A stretch of DNA of 64,000 nucleotides from Podarcis muralis (lineage: Eukaryota). The position numbers and the translations under genes were made by a program. Of the stretch, positions 47,993 through 61,357 are shown piece after piece (the stretch's first letter is position 1; every line of letters starts with the position of its first letter). Below the pieces are notes generated by a model. That model had not been told where the DNA came from. It saw only the letters and a program-made list of their open reading frames with translations, and searched no databases. The DNA lies in NCBI RefSeq assembly GCF_964188315.1, contig NC_135661.1:73656001-73720000 (forward strand). The letters are read 5' to 3'.

Positions 47993-50201
47993 TTTAATGG
48001 GCAGCCTATGGCACCTACCAACAGAAGACCAGGCAAGTGAGCTGTCCAGTGATGAGGCAGATGACTAGTTGAAGGCTTCTCTGCTGCTCCTTCTTCTACC
48101 TGTCTCATTCTGAGGAGGAGGAGCCAATTGGGTCCTTCCTCACAGTGAGACATTCCAAGTGAGGTGGCCAGGAAACTGCCTGTGCTGCCCACCATGTTTT
48201 GCTGCTCCTCAACACCACCATCATCAACAATAAAATTCTACCCCACCTTTTTCCCTGACAGGGACTCAGGGTGGCTTACATGTAAAATACAAACAATTAA
48301 AAACAAAAGAGGGACAGAATATTTTTTTTATTAAAAAACCCCCCAATGAAACCTTGTATATTATCTCTTAAAGTCATACGGATAATGGACAAGGTGGGCT
48401 TGGGCTTTCCAGATGTCTTCTTTCCCCCAATGTGATGCCTCAGTGAACCAGTTGCAGTTTATCAATTAACCATGCAATGGTGGTCAGTAAACAATTTTCA
48501 GTGTGGTTTATTGTTCTTCACCAGAAACTCTGAGAATTGTAGGCAAGGGAATGGGGGTCTTCTAACAACTCTCAGCACCCTTAATAAACTACAGCTCCCA
48601 GGATTCTTTGGGGGAAGCCATGGCTGTTTAAAGTGCTAGCGCCGTGTTTTAAATGCATGGCATGAATGTGGCCTGAGCTGGCATCCAGGTGTGTTGCAGG
48701 TTCTAGTTCCTATGTTTGCTTCTCTGTCATGCTGTCTGTTGTTGATGGTAGTGTAGCCTTTCTAGGCCCTTTAAACCATGGGTAGGAAAAATGTTGCACC
48801 CGAGCTGGGACGAAAGGAGCCAAATGACACCAAGGGGTTAAATCCAGAGAAAGAGTTTTTATTCTGCCAACCTGGGTCGGCAGAGGAGCAAGTGTGATAA
48901 GTCACAAAACAAGCACGAAGTTCACAGCCATTGCACATAGTTTTTATATCCCCTTCCAGTTCCCTCCCCCTTCTTCAAGAGTCCTGCCCATGAGTTCCTC
49001 TGAGCATGAACAGAAAGCTCCTGTCTTGGGACCATTTTTGGACCCTTCCCAGAAAGGGGGTGAGAGGGTTTCAATGTGTTCCAGTTGTTTCATTCTTGTG
49101 CTTTGGCATGGTTCCCGGACAGAAAGCAAGTTGCAATGTGGTTCTTTAGCAAGGCCAAAGGCTCTGAGAAAGGCTTGAGAAGACAATGGGCTCTGTTCTC
49201 TACCTTGTTGCAATCTTTTTTAGTTACAGCATTTTCATTACAGAAGAGGACTGCTTAGCTAATGCTTTTTGTCTTAGAGGAAAATGCAGTTTTAAAATGC
49301 TTAAGGTGAGGCCTGGCTGGGGGGGGGGGAATTCACAAACAGTTTTTAGGGTTTTTTGGGGGGAACCCTAACTGTTCCCCTTCAGTAGTAAGCTGTTTCA
49401 GGCTGAGTTGTGAGCTTCTCTTTGTCAGATCAAAATAAATGCAGTTGTGTCACAGGGCTTCTTTGCAGAGTTGGAGCCTGTTCACAAGCCCCAAGGCACC
49501 CAGAGAAACCCATGAGGCATGCACCAAATTATTTCATCTCCTCTGGGCCAGATTGTATCTTAAGGCCCTCCTCAAGGCCAGAAATCAGAACAGCTTCTAC
49601 CAGTAGTGTCCAATTAGAATTGAGCAAAGGGTTCTAACTAGAAACCACTAGCAAGAAGACATGTTGACTCCAAGGAGAGGAGGTAGGCAAGAAATGGTGA
49701 CGCCTCTTCCTTGATGCAAGAAGGAAAGGCAGGCAATGATGGAAGAATGAGAAGTACAGCTGCTGCAGCCTGAAGAATGGGGGTGGGGGCAAATGTGCCC
49801 CCCATCCCATTTGTGTGGGATGGAGGGCTCATAAACCTGTCTGGTAGAGTGAAAAGGTGTGACAGTAGTGAAGTAAACAACTTAAACAAATTAAAATTAC
49901 TCCTGTGACTTTCTGTAGTTTGCCAGATCTTACTGGAACACCCATGAAAAACATCTTGTTCCCATGGTAACTCCAGCAAACGCAGCTGAGCGGATGAACT
50001 ACAGGGAGCCAAAAGGGACATTTTAATAAATTCCAGTAGGTGCTGAGAGCCCAGAAGCTTAAAAAAACCCCACACCCTTAAAAGGAGTCACACAACAAAA
50101 CCATATAATTTCTATTCAGAAATCTGTTTATTTAGCAGGACACACTTCAACCATGAGAGGCATGAGGATCAAAAATAGCAGGAGGAATAATCTGACATTC
50201 T

Positions 50202-50311
50202 TCAATCCCATGGAAATGTCATGCGCAGACCCTGCATGTTCTCACGATAAACACGGTCAAAGTGTTCATTCTGTGCCACAGTCAGGTGGTTCTTCCAGTC
50301 CCCACAGATAC
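50202..50311 (-). CDS. SULT2B1-like: SULT gene A exon 6
   Basis: (G)[35 protein letters not shown]. Confidence 0.93.
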
Positions 50312-52137
50312 CTGGAACAACACAAGAGGGTGTGAAACCACTTGGTAACCACAAAAAAGATCCACTAAAATTACTCCAACTAAAATCAGGACCCCATTTC
50401 ATCTTGCTCAGGACTTGCCCTTCTACTGGATGAAGCAAGGCAGCTGCCTCAAGTGGCTTTTTTTAGGAATAGCAGGACCTGCTCCCTGGCTGTTCTTCCC
50501 AGGCCCTCCCTCAACTGGTACCCCAGGCGTAGTCATGCTTCCATGTCGATGGCCTAGACTTACTTAGCTGCATTTTCCTAAAGCTTCACAAGTAAGAATG
50601 GGCAAATCTGTCAATTTTGGTTACTCTCCTTTTCTCCTTTCCTCCCCAAATCTTAAATTCAGTTGTGCACATTATAACATCCGTTTGTAATTTTAAAAAA
50701 AAATCCTTCAAAAATCCACCAGCATTTTAATGCAAATTTATCCTAATTACACATTTTTCTTTTTTCTTTTTTTAAAAAGATTTTTATTAAAGTTTCAAAA
50801 ATTATATAAAAACAAAACAAAACAATAGAACAAACAAACAAAAACAAGTATAATTTCAATCCCTTATTTTCTTATAACTTACTTCCCCGACTTCCTCATA
50901 CCTCCCTTTTCTGTATTCTAATTTCCAGTTGTTAATTCAGCAAATCCTCTCCCTTATTTTCTGTTTAAATTTTTAACCTTTCATTTCTATGCTTAACCAT
51001 TACTGCTGAAAACCACATATTTTCTAATCCAACATCATTCTAACATTCATTAATTTTACAATGTTTCTTAAGATAGTCCTTAAATTTCTTCCAATCTTCT
51101 TCCGCTGTCTCTCTTCCCTGGTCTCGGATTCTGCCAGTCATTTCTGCCAGTCCCATATAGTCTATCACCTTCATCTGCCATTCTTCCAAGGTGGGTAGTT
51201 CTTGTAACTTCCAATACTTTGCGATGAGTATTCTTGCTGCTGTTGTAGCATACATAAAGAATGTTCTATCCTTCTTTGGCACCAATTGGCCGACCATACC
51301 CAAGAGAAAGGCCTCTGGTTTCTTCAGATCTAATTACACATTTTCATGCAAGAAACAGGTTGTGGTTGCTTTTGTTGCAAATATGTATGTTATTGTCAGT
51401 ATATGAATTTATATGCCTACATTATGCTAGCAGTGACATTTTGTACCGATTACTTGTCTGGAATACTGCATTGAAAAATCTGGAGTAGTGTGAATTTCGA
51501 AGAATGGTTGTGTTTCAGTACAAGAAAGTGTCAGTTAAGCAGGTTCACTTAAGGTGAACGGAATCAAATTCCCCCACACTCCCATACCTCTTTTTTTCTC
51601 TCCCCCCCCCACCTCCCTCCCTCTCTCACACTCACATGCACACACACAAGTTCTTCATAGCTTGCATAAGCCATGGCCTTGGTCTGTCATGTAAATTGTT
51701 ACCTTTCCTCATGAGCTTTGCTTTTGTGTGATCAAAATAGGTATCTGGAAATTGAGTATTATTGGACATCTTGTTGTCCTTCATCTTGTGGAAGGAGGCA
51801 TTTTCCACCACAGAGTCGATTTGCTGACTATTCAGCTCTTTACCAATAAAATGACAAATCCTCTTCACACTTCCTCGGAGGTCCTGCCAAAGGAAAAAGC
51901 AAATGAGTGAATCCTCACATTGACACTGCCATAGGGAGATCTATTCCGCCTGGCCTTTGGTTTGGACTCAGTCTGACCGTTATGTTTCCCTCCCCTTATG
52001 GTTTTGATGAGGCTGCATTTTAAATTGCATTTTAACCTGTATTTTAAATTGCTTTTCTCCCCCTCCCCATTATGTTTTTACTCTGATTTTACTGTTGTTA
52101 GCCAGGCTCTGGCCGGGGAGGGTGGGGTATAAATAAA

Positions 52138-52178
<41 letters not shown>

Positions 52179-55020
52179 GGAAGAAAACAAAGGCAATTGT
52201 GTCCGTTTGCGGGGAGCACTTGGCAAAAATGATGCAAACATTTGTCAACGGGTACCTCAAAGTCAGCACAAGAGTCAGTACTGAATTAGAAGACATTGAA
52301 TTAAATACAGAATAGCATATTGTAGGGGAAGAAGTGATCTCTCCAGATACTTGTCAATTTTATCACTGCTCCACAGTTAAAATCCTGGTCTTTTTGTCAA
52401 AGAGGGGAGAGCCTTCAGGACCTGACTGCCCATTCTTACCACTTTAAATCTTTGTTTTATTAATGAAATTAAATTTAAAATTCCTTTACTTCTGCACTTT
52501 TAACTAACCTGTCCCCCCTTGATGTGAAACGAGATAGGATGGCAACTTTATACTGAACTGTGAAATCAAGGTAACAAGAATGGCTGCAATCCTAACACCA
52601 CATTTGTACTTCTCTAACTCAGAGTCACCTTACCAATTGTACAAGACTTTTTTAAGAACCAAAAAAAATAAATGACAAAATGATATGTCACATGACACAA
52701 AGTTGGAGACATAACCTGGGGGCATAAATATACCTGCTGTAGTTCTTCGTAGGTGATGAAGAAGAAGTTGGATCTGTCCTTCATCTCCATCCAGTTTTTC
52801 ACATGCTCAAACCAGGAACCAAAAGACACTTGAAGAGCAAAGTGGAATGTAAAGAGTTTTGAAGGGGAAAGGAAAGACATGGAGGATGCACCAGTCAGGA
52901 ACCTAGAAAAGACCTTTATTCTTCACCTGATCAACAAGAACAGTAGCAGGGACCTTCCAACACCACCCAGATACGACAAGTCCCAATACCAGGCTGAGCT
53001 GTTTGATGATTCTGTTTACACTGGCAAGATATGTAATATCATCTACAACACTGGAGTTGGGGATTCACAGTATCCTCTCCCTACATTTTGCAGCCATTCC
53101 AATTCCCCTTTTAATGACATTTGTTACTTTTTTTGGAAAATGAGGTGAGTACTGCAAGACCTTTTCCCATCCTACCCCTTCCCCACTTATCTCGCTGGGA
53201 ATTGTACTTCTCTGATACAACGAAAGGAAATGAGAGGAAAGAGCAGGAAAGAGCCTTGATAACATAGTGGAACAGTGAGGTAGAACAAATGAGAGAGGCT
53301 GATTTCCCTCTTTCCTTACCACTCCCACTCAGGAACTCCTCCATGTACTCTTCCAAAGTTCCAGGGTCCTCCACTGCTTTTAAGCCCTTGTTGAAATGAT
53401 AGGATGAGATCATCACATCTTTGGGATTACGCATGGTATAGATAACCTGGAAGAGAGGGAGGGGACATATTTAGGGAAGGCAACAGAAGCAGCCCTAACT
53501 AGAGACAGACTGAGGCAGCTTAGGTGGGTCTCATGAAAAGGAAGCAAAGTCTTTGTAGTTTAATTTACTGTTATTGTTTGTTTATATCAATTAAATTTGT
53601 ATGCCACCCTATACTCACAGGACAGGTGCCTGGAAGATTTGGTGCTTGATGCTTGTGGTTTTCTGATAAACCTCTTGCAGCATATCATCTTACTCCAGCA
53701 TGGATTTGGGCAGGAGTTTTCTCACCACCTTTTTGGGCTAGATACTTGCCTTTCCTTACCTCTAAGCAACCTGTCCAAAATTTATGTGAATCCTACAGGA
53801 TTAATAATTTCACAATAACCCCCCCACACACACCTTTTCACCAGACACAACTCAGTTGGAGACTAACCACCTTTCCCCAAAATTTTGAAAAATGTGGATG
53901 ACTTCTCAAACAAGATTTTTCCAGGAACGGTGGGAGTTACTTAGGTGGAGGTTAAATGTAAAGTGAGAGGCAAAGTGGAATTTTCACCACAATCACAACA
54001 TCTGGGGTGGGGGTATATAAGCCTTGTCTAACTAGCTGTGATCATGACAGAAGTTGCCCACGGTGATATGGTCGTAGGTGAAGTGTTTGAAAGACTGAAC
54101 ATGTCATGTTGCTTAGCAGATTGCCCAGGAGCCAAAAGCAGGGTTGACGTGTCAATTTCTACTCTCTTACCTTGGCCTTGGAGTGCAGGAAGGACTTGGG
54201 GAAAATGTGGAAAGGCAGGTGAGATGCCAGGAGCCTGGGTGCAGGACATTTCAAGGCAAACTGTAGGCCTGAAAAACTCTCAATCCAAGGTGACCGTTCC
54301 CACACTGGTAAACTCTGAACCCAGGAGGGGTCCCCATCATGCCAGATTAAGCCCAGGATCTCCTGCATCCAATGGGTACCTAGAAGAAAGTCAGGTAGTC
54401 TTCCCAACCACTCTTGATTCTGCAATAAACACATTTATTTTATCTTGTTCCCTCTCCCCTTTCATGTCATTTTGGACTCACAGCTGTCCATGGAGGTACA
54501 GGTCAATTCTGTGTCCAGGGCAGCTGTTTACCAGCTCCATCTGGTACGCAGGCTGAGAGCCTACCTGCCTGCGGACTGTCTCGCTGGAGTGGTGCATGCT
54601 CTGATTATCTCTCGCTTGGACTGCTGCAATGGGCTCTATGTGGGGCTACCTTTGAAGGTGACCCAGAAACTACAACTAATCCAGAATGCGGCAGCTAGAT
54701 GGGTGACTGGGAGCGGCCGCTGAGACCGTATAACACCAGTCTTGAAAGACCTACATTGGCTCCCAGTATGTTCCCGAGCACAATTCAAAGTGTTGGTGCT
54801 GACCTTTAAAGCCCTAAACGGCCTGGCGCCTACCCTGTGGAATGCCCTCCCAGCAGATGTCAAAGCAATAAACAACTATTTTACTTTTAAAAGTCATCTG
54901 AAGGCAGCCCTCTTTAGGGAAGTTTTTAATGTTTGATGCTGTACGGTTTTTAATATTCAGTTGGAAGCCGCCCAGAGTGGCTGGGGAAACCCAGCCAGAT
55001 GGGCGGGGTATAAATAATAA

Positions 55021-55063
<43 letters not shown>

Positions 55064-56875
55064 CTGAAGGAGCGTCTCCACCCCATCATTCTACCCGGAC
55101 AATGAGGTCCAGCACTGAGGGCCTTCTGGTGGTTCTCTCACTGCGAGAAGCCAAGTTACAGGGAACCAGGCAGAGGGCCTTCTTGGTAGTGGCACCCGCC
55201 CTGTGGAATGCCCTCCCACCAGATGTCAACGAGAACAACAACTACCAGACTTTTAGAAAACATCTGAAGGCAGCCCTGTTTAGGCAAGCTTTTAATCTTT
55301 GATGGATTACTGTATTTTAGTATTTTGTTGGAAACTGCCCAGAGTGGCTGGGGAAGCCTAGCCAGGGGCATAAATACTACACAAGCAGGAATCCAAAAAT
55401 TCATGACATGGTGAATCAAATTGAACCATTTTGATGACGGTGTAGCAGGTAATAATGTTATCAGTGTGCCTAATCTATAACAGACATATCACTTAGCTTT
55501 CTATATAAAGAAACAACATTCAGAGATGAATATCCTGAAATACAATTGCTTTTGACATGAGCAAATCATTCGAGAAAACAGAAGTAATAAAAATGCCTGT
55601 TACAGCTACAGCCCTGCAATTCCCTTCCCACCAGGCCCACTATGCAGCTGAGCCCCTCGTGCCACACCACAGCTCCTCTTGAAGTCCTCCTCTGGCTGGT
55701 TTGACAGCAGCATTGGTTTGCCCTCTGACCAAGCCACTTCCTGTCACATTACCTGTGCTAGGTTGGAAGCCAAGCAAATGATCAGCTCACTCCTGTAGGA
55801 GGAAGACCCCTGGAATCTCCCTATTAAACTACAGCTGATAAGCCTTATTCCAGTGATCCAGCTATTCCAGTACTGAGGACCCTGACAGGCAACAGATATT
55901 CCACAAGAGGGTTGTACTGAGCCTAAGATTCCTTAACTGACCTTCCGTTTGAGGGCAAATGATTCTGCATTTTGTGATAAGAACTTGGTCTGCTTAGTCA
56001 GGAATCCAGACAGATTTGTACTGCAGTGGGTGGGGCGGGGGGGGGGGAGAGGGATGTGGGGAGAGAAAATGGGAGATAAAGGGATTGATTAAAGTTGGCT
56101 GTGCAAAAGGAAGTCCAGGGCATTATGGCGAATAGGGGACAGTGCAAACTAAACTGTAGTCCATTACCAGATTACTGGCCAGTTTGGGTTGGGTTATCTG
56201 ATGGTTTCTGAAATTCTCGCAAAAATTTGGGATGAGTTGGGACTCCCTGCCCCCCCCCCCAGCATCTTTCTCTTAAGCAAGCGTGTATATTCCTGATGAT
56301 TTTTATAGGTCAGCTACAGTATACTTTGTTCAGGTACCCCCGAGTAAGCAGGTTTGTCATGGTGGTGTTAACAGAATTTCCATTTCCAGGGCCTGTCTAC
56401 CTAGAAATGCAACATATATTGCACAGGCTATCTGCTTAGGAGTCCGGTGTTTTGAATCACAAGTTTAAGATGCATTTGTGCGTGGTGTTGCTGCTGGAAT
56501 GGAATGATACAAACAGCCTGTAGTCATAACAGGGCCATGATAATTGGTTTTAAACGAAACTATTTTATTTCTAATTTATCCAAAAAAAAAGTGTGCCTTA
56601 ACATTCAAAGACTGTAGGAGATGTAAAGCATAAAAAGGGAGAGATTAGCTATTTTATTGTTTAACATTTCTAAAATACAACATCATCATCTTTGAAACAC
56701 CATTTACTCCAGCATTTAAAATTACCTAAGTGCACCACTAACCTGACTTGGGGTAAGTAACATTCACTATATCATCATCCAACATTTGGAATTCATTTTC
56801 AACATAGCGGAGTATTTCCTCTGAGTAGTAGTCCGCTACAGGCAAACTCATTCCCTTGTATGTGAAACAAGGCAT
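50202..56875 (-). CDS. SULT2B1-like: Cytosolic hydroxysteroid sulfotransferase, SULT2 family (SULT2B1-like), 284 aa, intact motifs
   Basis: Exons 56875-56743, 54379-54171, 53446-53320, 52828-52734, 51883-51703, 50311-50202 (133/209/127/95/181/110 nt). Motifs: [61 protein letters not shown] at 50132-50127. Confidence 0.93.
50758..51329 (-). mobile_element. 5'-truncated L1-clade LINE in SULT A intron 5
   Basis: [38 protein letters not shown]...; 15-bp TSD CTAATTACACATTTT (50743-50757, 51330-51344). Confidence 0.9.
51703..51883 (-). CDS. SULT2B1-like: SULT gene A exon 5
   Basis: [60 protein letters not shown]. Confidence 0.93.
52734..52828 (-). CDS. SULT2B1-like: SULT gene A exon 4
   Basis: (V)[31 protein letters not shown]. 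Confidence 0.93.
53320..53446 (-). CDS. SULT2B1-like: SULT gene A exon 3
   Basis: [42 protein letters not shown]. Confidence 0.93.
54171..54379 (-). CDS. SULT2B1-like: SULT gene A exon 2
   Basis: (G)[69 protein letters not shown]. Confidence 0.93.
54466..55372 (+). mobile_element. Two tandem L2-clade 3' fragments (54466-55060 and 55061-55372) in SULT A intron 1
   Basis: LDSQLSME...[15 protein letters not shown]...QLIQNAAAR...LHWLPV, then (ATT)n, then a second copy of the 3' end. Confidence 0.85.
56743..56875 (-). CDS. SULT2B1-like: SULT gene A coding exon 1
   Basis: [44 protein letters not shown] + G/gttagt; read manually, not in the ORF track. Confidence 0.9.
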
Positions 56876-58549
56876 GGTTGACACTAAAAAACTGTAAAGA
56901 TAATACTATTTTTATTATTTATTGAATTTGTAAACCCCCCTTCATCCAAAGATCACAGTGCAGTTCCCAACACAAAAATAAAATCTGAGAATACAGAATG
57001 CACAATAAAGCAAAAACGAAAACAAAGCAATAACCCTCTCCCACAAACACATCATTATTATTCATTAAGATATATCTATCAAGATGTATGAGAGAGTGAG
57101 TTTTGATGCCATATCCTTAGGGACCTTCAAGTAGTCACTGTTTTGGGGCCAAACTGTGGACATAGCTGTGTCATCAACCACAATGATTCAGATCTCTGGG
57201 ACACATGGAAACAAACCCTAACAAATTCAGTCATTTGTAGACCTAATAGTGGGTTTTCAAATCCCATGAAATCGACAGGGCAAATTCCTCACACTATTTG
57301 CTTGCATAATTTGCTCAAATCATTTACTTCCATTCAAAAATAAGCCACGATCCCATCACTAGGATTGGGACTTCTGTGCATAAACAGAGCAAAACTCGAT
57401 TCAGACAATAAGGAATGGGGTGTAGTAAAACAGCCACAACTGCCCAAAGCAAAACACTCTTCCCTCCACACGCACAAGTAAATGCGTGTGGAATTAACTC
57501 CCGCAACATGCTCATGGGATCAATAATTTAAATGCCTATTTCCCCAAAGCCCCAAACACAGCAAAAATCTGCATTAACTTATGGTCCTGTTACATCCCAA
57601 GAGCCTGAGAATTTGCATCAGGACCCCCCAAAGAATAAGTGTAAAACATGAGGGCTTTTATGAACCAAAGAGGTATACATTTGGTTCTATGGGACTTGGA
57701 GGTTCTGAGTAACCATAAACCTTTGAAACAACCCCCCCTCCTTTTATAGCCCCCAACCCACCTTAGAATTCAGCCTGTACCATACTTACAACCACTGGCT
57801 GCTTCTGATCTTTCCTTCTTCTGGTCTCTTCCTTTCCCTTGTTCTGTCAGCAGTATGCCATGCGAGATGAACTTGATGCTCAAGGTGCTTTTTGATACTC
57901 GCTTCCTGATTCACAACTTTTTATTCTGCTCTGTGAAACATTCCCAGATAAGCTTACGTAGTAGCAAAGCAAACATAAGGGGGGGGGGACCCAGGCCTTT
58001 GGCCGATTGAACATTATATGGCCTTTTAAATGTGTTTGTGGGAGGGGAGGTATTGGTTTGTTTCTGCTTTATGATGTGTTCTGTGTTCTCTTTTTGTATT
58101 TCCGTGCTGTGAAACACACACACACACACACACCGGTGATATACGAATGAAGGGCAATATATAAATGGAATGAAGAATAAAATATAAAGTTGTTACTGGA
58201 CCAGTGTTGAAGTGTAACTGAGGTGTTAGAAGTGTAACTGTGTTTGACTGTTTTGGATTATCTGTCTTTAACGTCTTCGTTAACTTGTGTCATTTTCCAA
58301 CTGGGAAGCTATTATTCTGTTGCTTGTTTGTACATGGTGGGGGGTAGACAGGTGTCTTGTTTTTGGAGAGAGATAGTGTTGTAAAGTTGGGGGGTTCCAG
58401 GCCAGCTTCTTGGTAATGGCCCTAAATACAGGTTGTTAGTCTAATAAAGGCTTTCGGCAGGAGGGCAAATGGGAAGACAAAAGCCAGAGTGCATGAGAGC
58501 GAGCTGGGCCAGAAGCAGGCAGAAGCCAGAGAGGGAGAGCCATGCTTGA

Positions 58550-59190
58550 TTTTTTATATTTTTTTTAAAGATATTTATTAAAGTTTCAAAATGTTACAAA
58601 AATAAGAAAAAGAAAAAAAGAAAAAAGAAAATACAAAGTACGGAAAAATAAAAACAGTTAAAAACAAATCAATCTTTCCATATCTTGTCTTTCGTTTGCT
58701 TGTTTCCCTGACCTCCTCACACCTCCCTTTTTTGTATTCCAGTTCAATTAGTTAATTTAGCAAATCCTTTCCCTCTTTGTTTTTATCTTAATCCTTTATC
58801 TTAATATATTATAACTTTAGATTATCACCTGTTAACAATCCATTTTTACATATTCCTTTATAACATTGCTGCTAAAAACCACTTAACTTCATTCCGACAT
58901 CATTCTAACATTCATTAATTTTGCAATATTTCTGTAAGTAATCTTTGAACTTTTTCCAGTCTTCTTCCACTGACTCTTCTCCCTTGTCTCGGATTCTGCC
59001 GGTCATTTCCGCCAGTTCCATATAGTCCATCACCTTCATCTGCCATTCTTCCAGGGTGGGTAGATCTTGTGTCTTCCAATACTTTGCAATAAGTATTCTT
59101 GCTGCTGTTGTAGCATACATAAAGAAAGTTCTATCCTTCTTTGGCACCAATTGGCCAACCATGCCCAGGAGAAAGGCCTCTGGTTTCTTT
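58550..59190 (-). mobile_element. 5'-truncated L1-clade LINE, same subfamily as 50758-51329
   Basis: Same peptide ([30 protein letters not shown]...KINEC*); poly-T tail on the plus strand. Confidence 0.9.
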
Positions 59191-59650
59191 GATTTCTGCT
59201 TGAATCAAAGGCTGTGACTATGGTGCAATATGCACAATGATACTCATTTGTACCTGTTGGATTACTGAGGGAGACAAAGTAAGATCAATTACTGCCTCAA
59301 TATCATCTATCTGTGGGTGCTCCTTTTCTCAATAGATCGTTACACACTTGCGAAATCTATTAGAAAGTTCAAACACTTCATTGGTCTGATGCATCCATTA
59401 AGCAGAATACTCATTTTCTATACTTTTGCAAGGCAAGAAAAAAAATTAAGCACTGCTATGCCATCCTGCAAAAAAGGTTTCTAAAATAGTTCACGGCGCT
59501 GGCATAAATGAATCTGCCATAACGCAATTCGTTGCAAAACATAGCAAGTCACAAAATGTTCCAGCCAGCTTTCAGACAATTGGAACAGAAGGCATTGGAA
59601 CTGGAAATTTCCAAGCAATTGGAGGTAACTTTAGGCCACACTTTGAACTA

Positions 59651-60642
59651 CAGTGGTACCTGAGGTACCCGAGGTTAAGTACTTAATTGGTTCCAGAAGT
59701 CCGTTCTTAACCTGAAGCGTTCTTAACCTGAAGCAGACCTCCCCATTGAAAGTAATGGAAAGTGGATTGATCCGTTCCAGACGATGAAAAATACCCCCTA
59801 AAACAGCAATTTAACACGAATTTTACTGTCTAACGAGACCATTGATCCATAAAATGAAGGCAATAATCAATGTACTGTACTATAAAATAAATAAGACAGT
59901 ATTTTAGATGAAAAAAAATTAACATTTTCTTTTTCTTACGTACACTGATGATAGTCAATTTGGATGGGGGGCTTTTATCCATTTCTGCAGTCATACAATC
60001 AACCAGTACCTGAACTGGGTTCCACACAGTCACAAAAACAAGTCACAAAAGTGAAGTCACAAGCCACAGTCACAAAAGCAAAGTTACAAGTCAGTCCCAT
60101 AAAATGAAGAGCAAGTCAAAGTCAAAAAACCGAAAAAGCCACACAAACCAAAACGCAAAAAAATAGCAAAAACCAAACCTCCAAATCTAACTTCTGTGTT
60201 GCGTGGGTGCTCAGGATTCAACAGCTGGCAGACTCAACAGGAAGCCTCTGATTAGCAGCCAGGGACTCAATTAACAAACGGAACACACGAAAACAGGAAC
60301 CAGACGGTGAAAAGCGACCCCTAAAACAGTACTTTTACATGAATTTTACTATCTAAGGAGGCCATTGATCCATAAAATGAAATCAATAAAACATTACAAA
60401 ATGAAAATGTGTTTTTTTCTTACCTGTGCTGATGTTTGGATGGGGGCTCAGGGTCCTCTTCCACAATCACAATCGGCTTGGCTCCCAGCATTCGCAGAGC
60501 CTCCGCAGGCCCCGCGGATGTCAGGGCTTGGCTCCAGGCAGTGGCGAGGCCTCTGAGAGCTCGGAAAACTTACTTTCGGGTTACAATCGTTCGTAACCCG
60601 AAAAAAGGTAACTTGAAGCGTTCATAACCCGAGGTACCACTG
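59651..60642. mobile_element. Longer non-autonomous Tc1/mariner-type element with internal duplication and AAGTCACAA-like microrepeats
   Basis: TA|CAGTGGTACC ... GAGGTACCACTG|TA; segment ~59795-60030 is repeated imperfectly at ~60320-60480. Confidence 0.75.
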
Positions 60643-61073
60643 TATCAGCAATAGCAATAAAACCCACTGAACAATACCCCAAACCAAGAGTCTGTTCAGC
60701 AACCTCAGCCTTTGTAGCTGGAGTCAGCCAGGACCCCACCCTCCCAGGCCAGGTGGAAAAAAGCTAGCCAAGCAGGGAGCAGGTCTTCCAGGACTCGCAG
60801 CAGTACAGGTGCAAAGAAATTTTGCCCCTTCAGATGTTGCTGAACCACAACTCCCATCAGCCCCAGCAAGCATCACCATTTGCCAGGGATGTAGTTCAAC
60901 ATCTGGAGGGCCAGAGGTTCCCTTATACCTGCTCTGCATACTACTTCTCTCCTTCCAGCATGTTCACAGCAGTGTTGGGACTTGAAGCAATATCTTTCTG
61001 GCCTCTTATCAGGCAGATATTGGGTGATGGGGTTTTAATGTTGTAGATTTGTTAGGGGATGGTGTACAGAGAT

Positions 61074-61337
61074 TGTTAAGTTGTGGGTGAACATATCAGA
61101 TGACACAGCGATTCTTCAAACAGCTCTTGTTTATTCACAGGCCAGAACAGAACTGAACTGAAGGGTTCAGCCAGCCTGCTTATATAGAGCTCCACTACCA
61201 TGCAACTGTAACAACTTTCTGTAACTATCCAATCACTGAACATCACTTTCAATCCCTTCTTTGCATATGTGGACCTGAGTGAAAACTATCTACAGTATCC
61301 CCCTGCTGGCCGAGGGTGAGAACTTCAGTACATAACA
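61074..61337 (-). mobile_element. Probable solo LTR
   Basis: TGTTAA...TAACA termini; TATA-like and AATAAA signals on the minus strand; TSD not cleanly resolved. Confidence 0.5.
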
Positions 61338-61357
61338 GATAATACTGTGTTAATGTA

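Noticed and set aside
60030-60190. Short repeated AAGTCACAA-like units as a CRISPR-like array
   Set aside because: Irregular microrepeats inside a DNA-transposon derivative in a vertebrate genome, with no constant repeat plus unique spacers and no cas genes.
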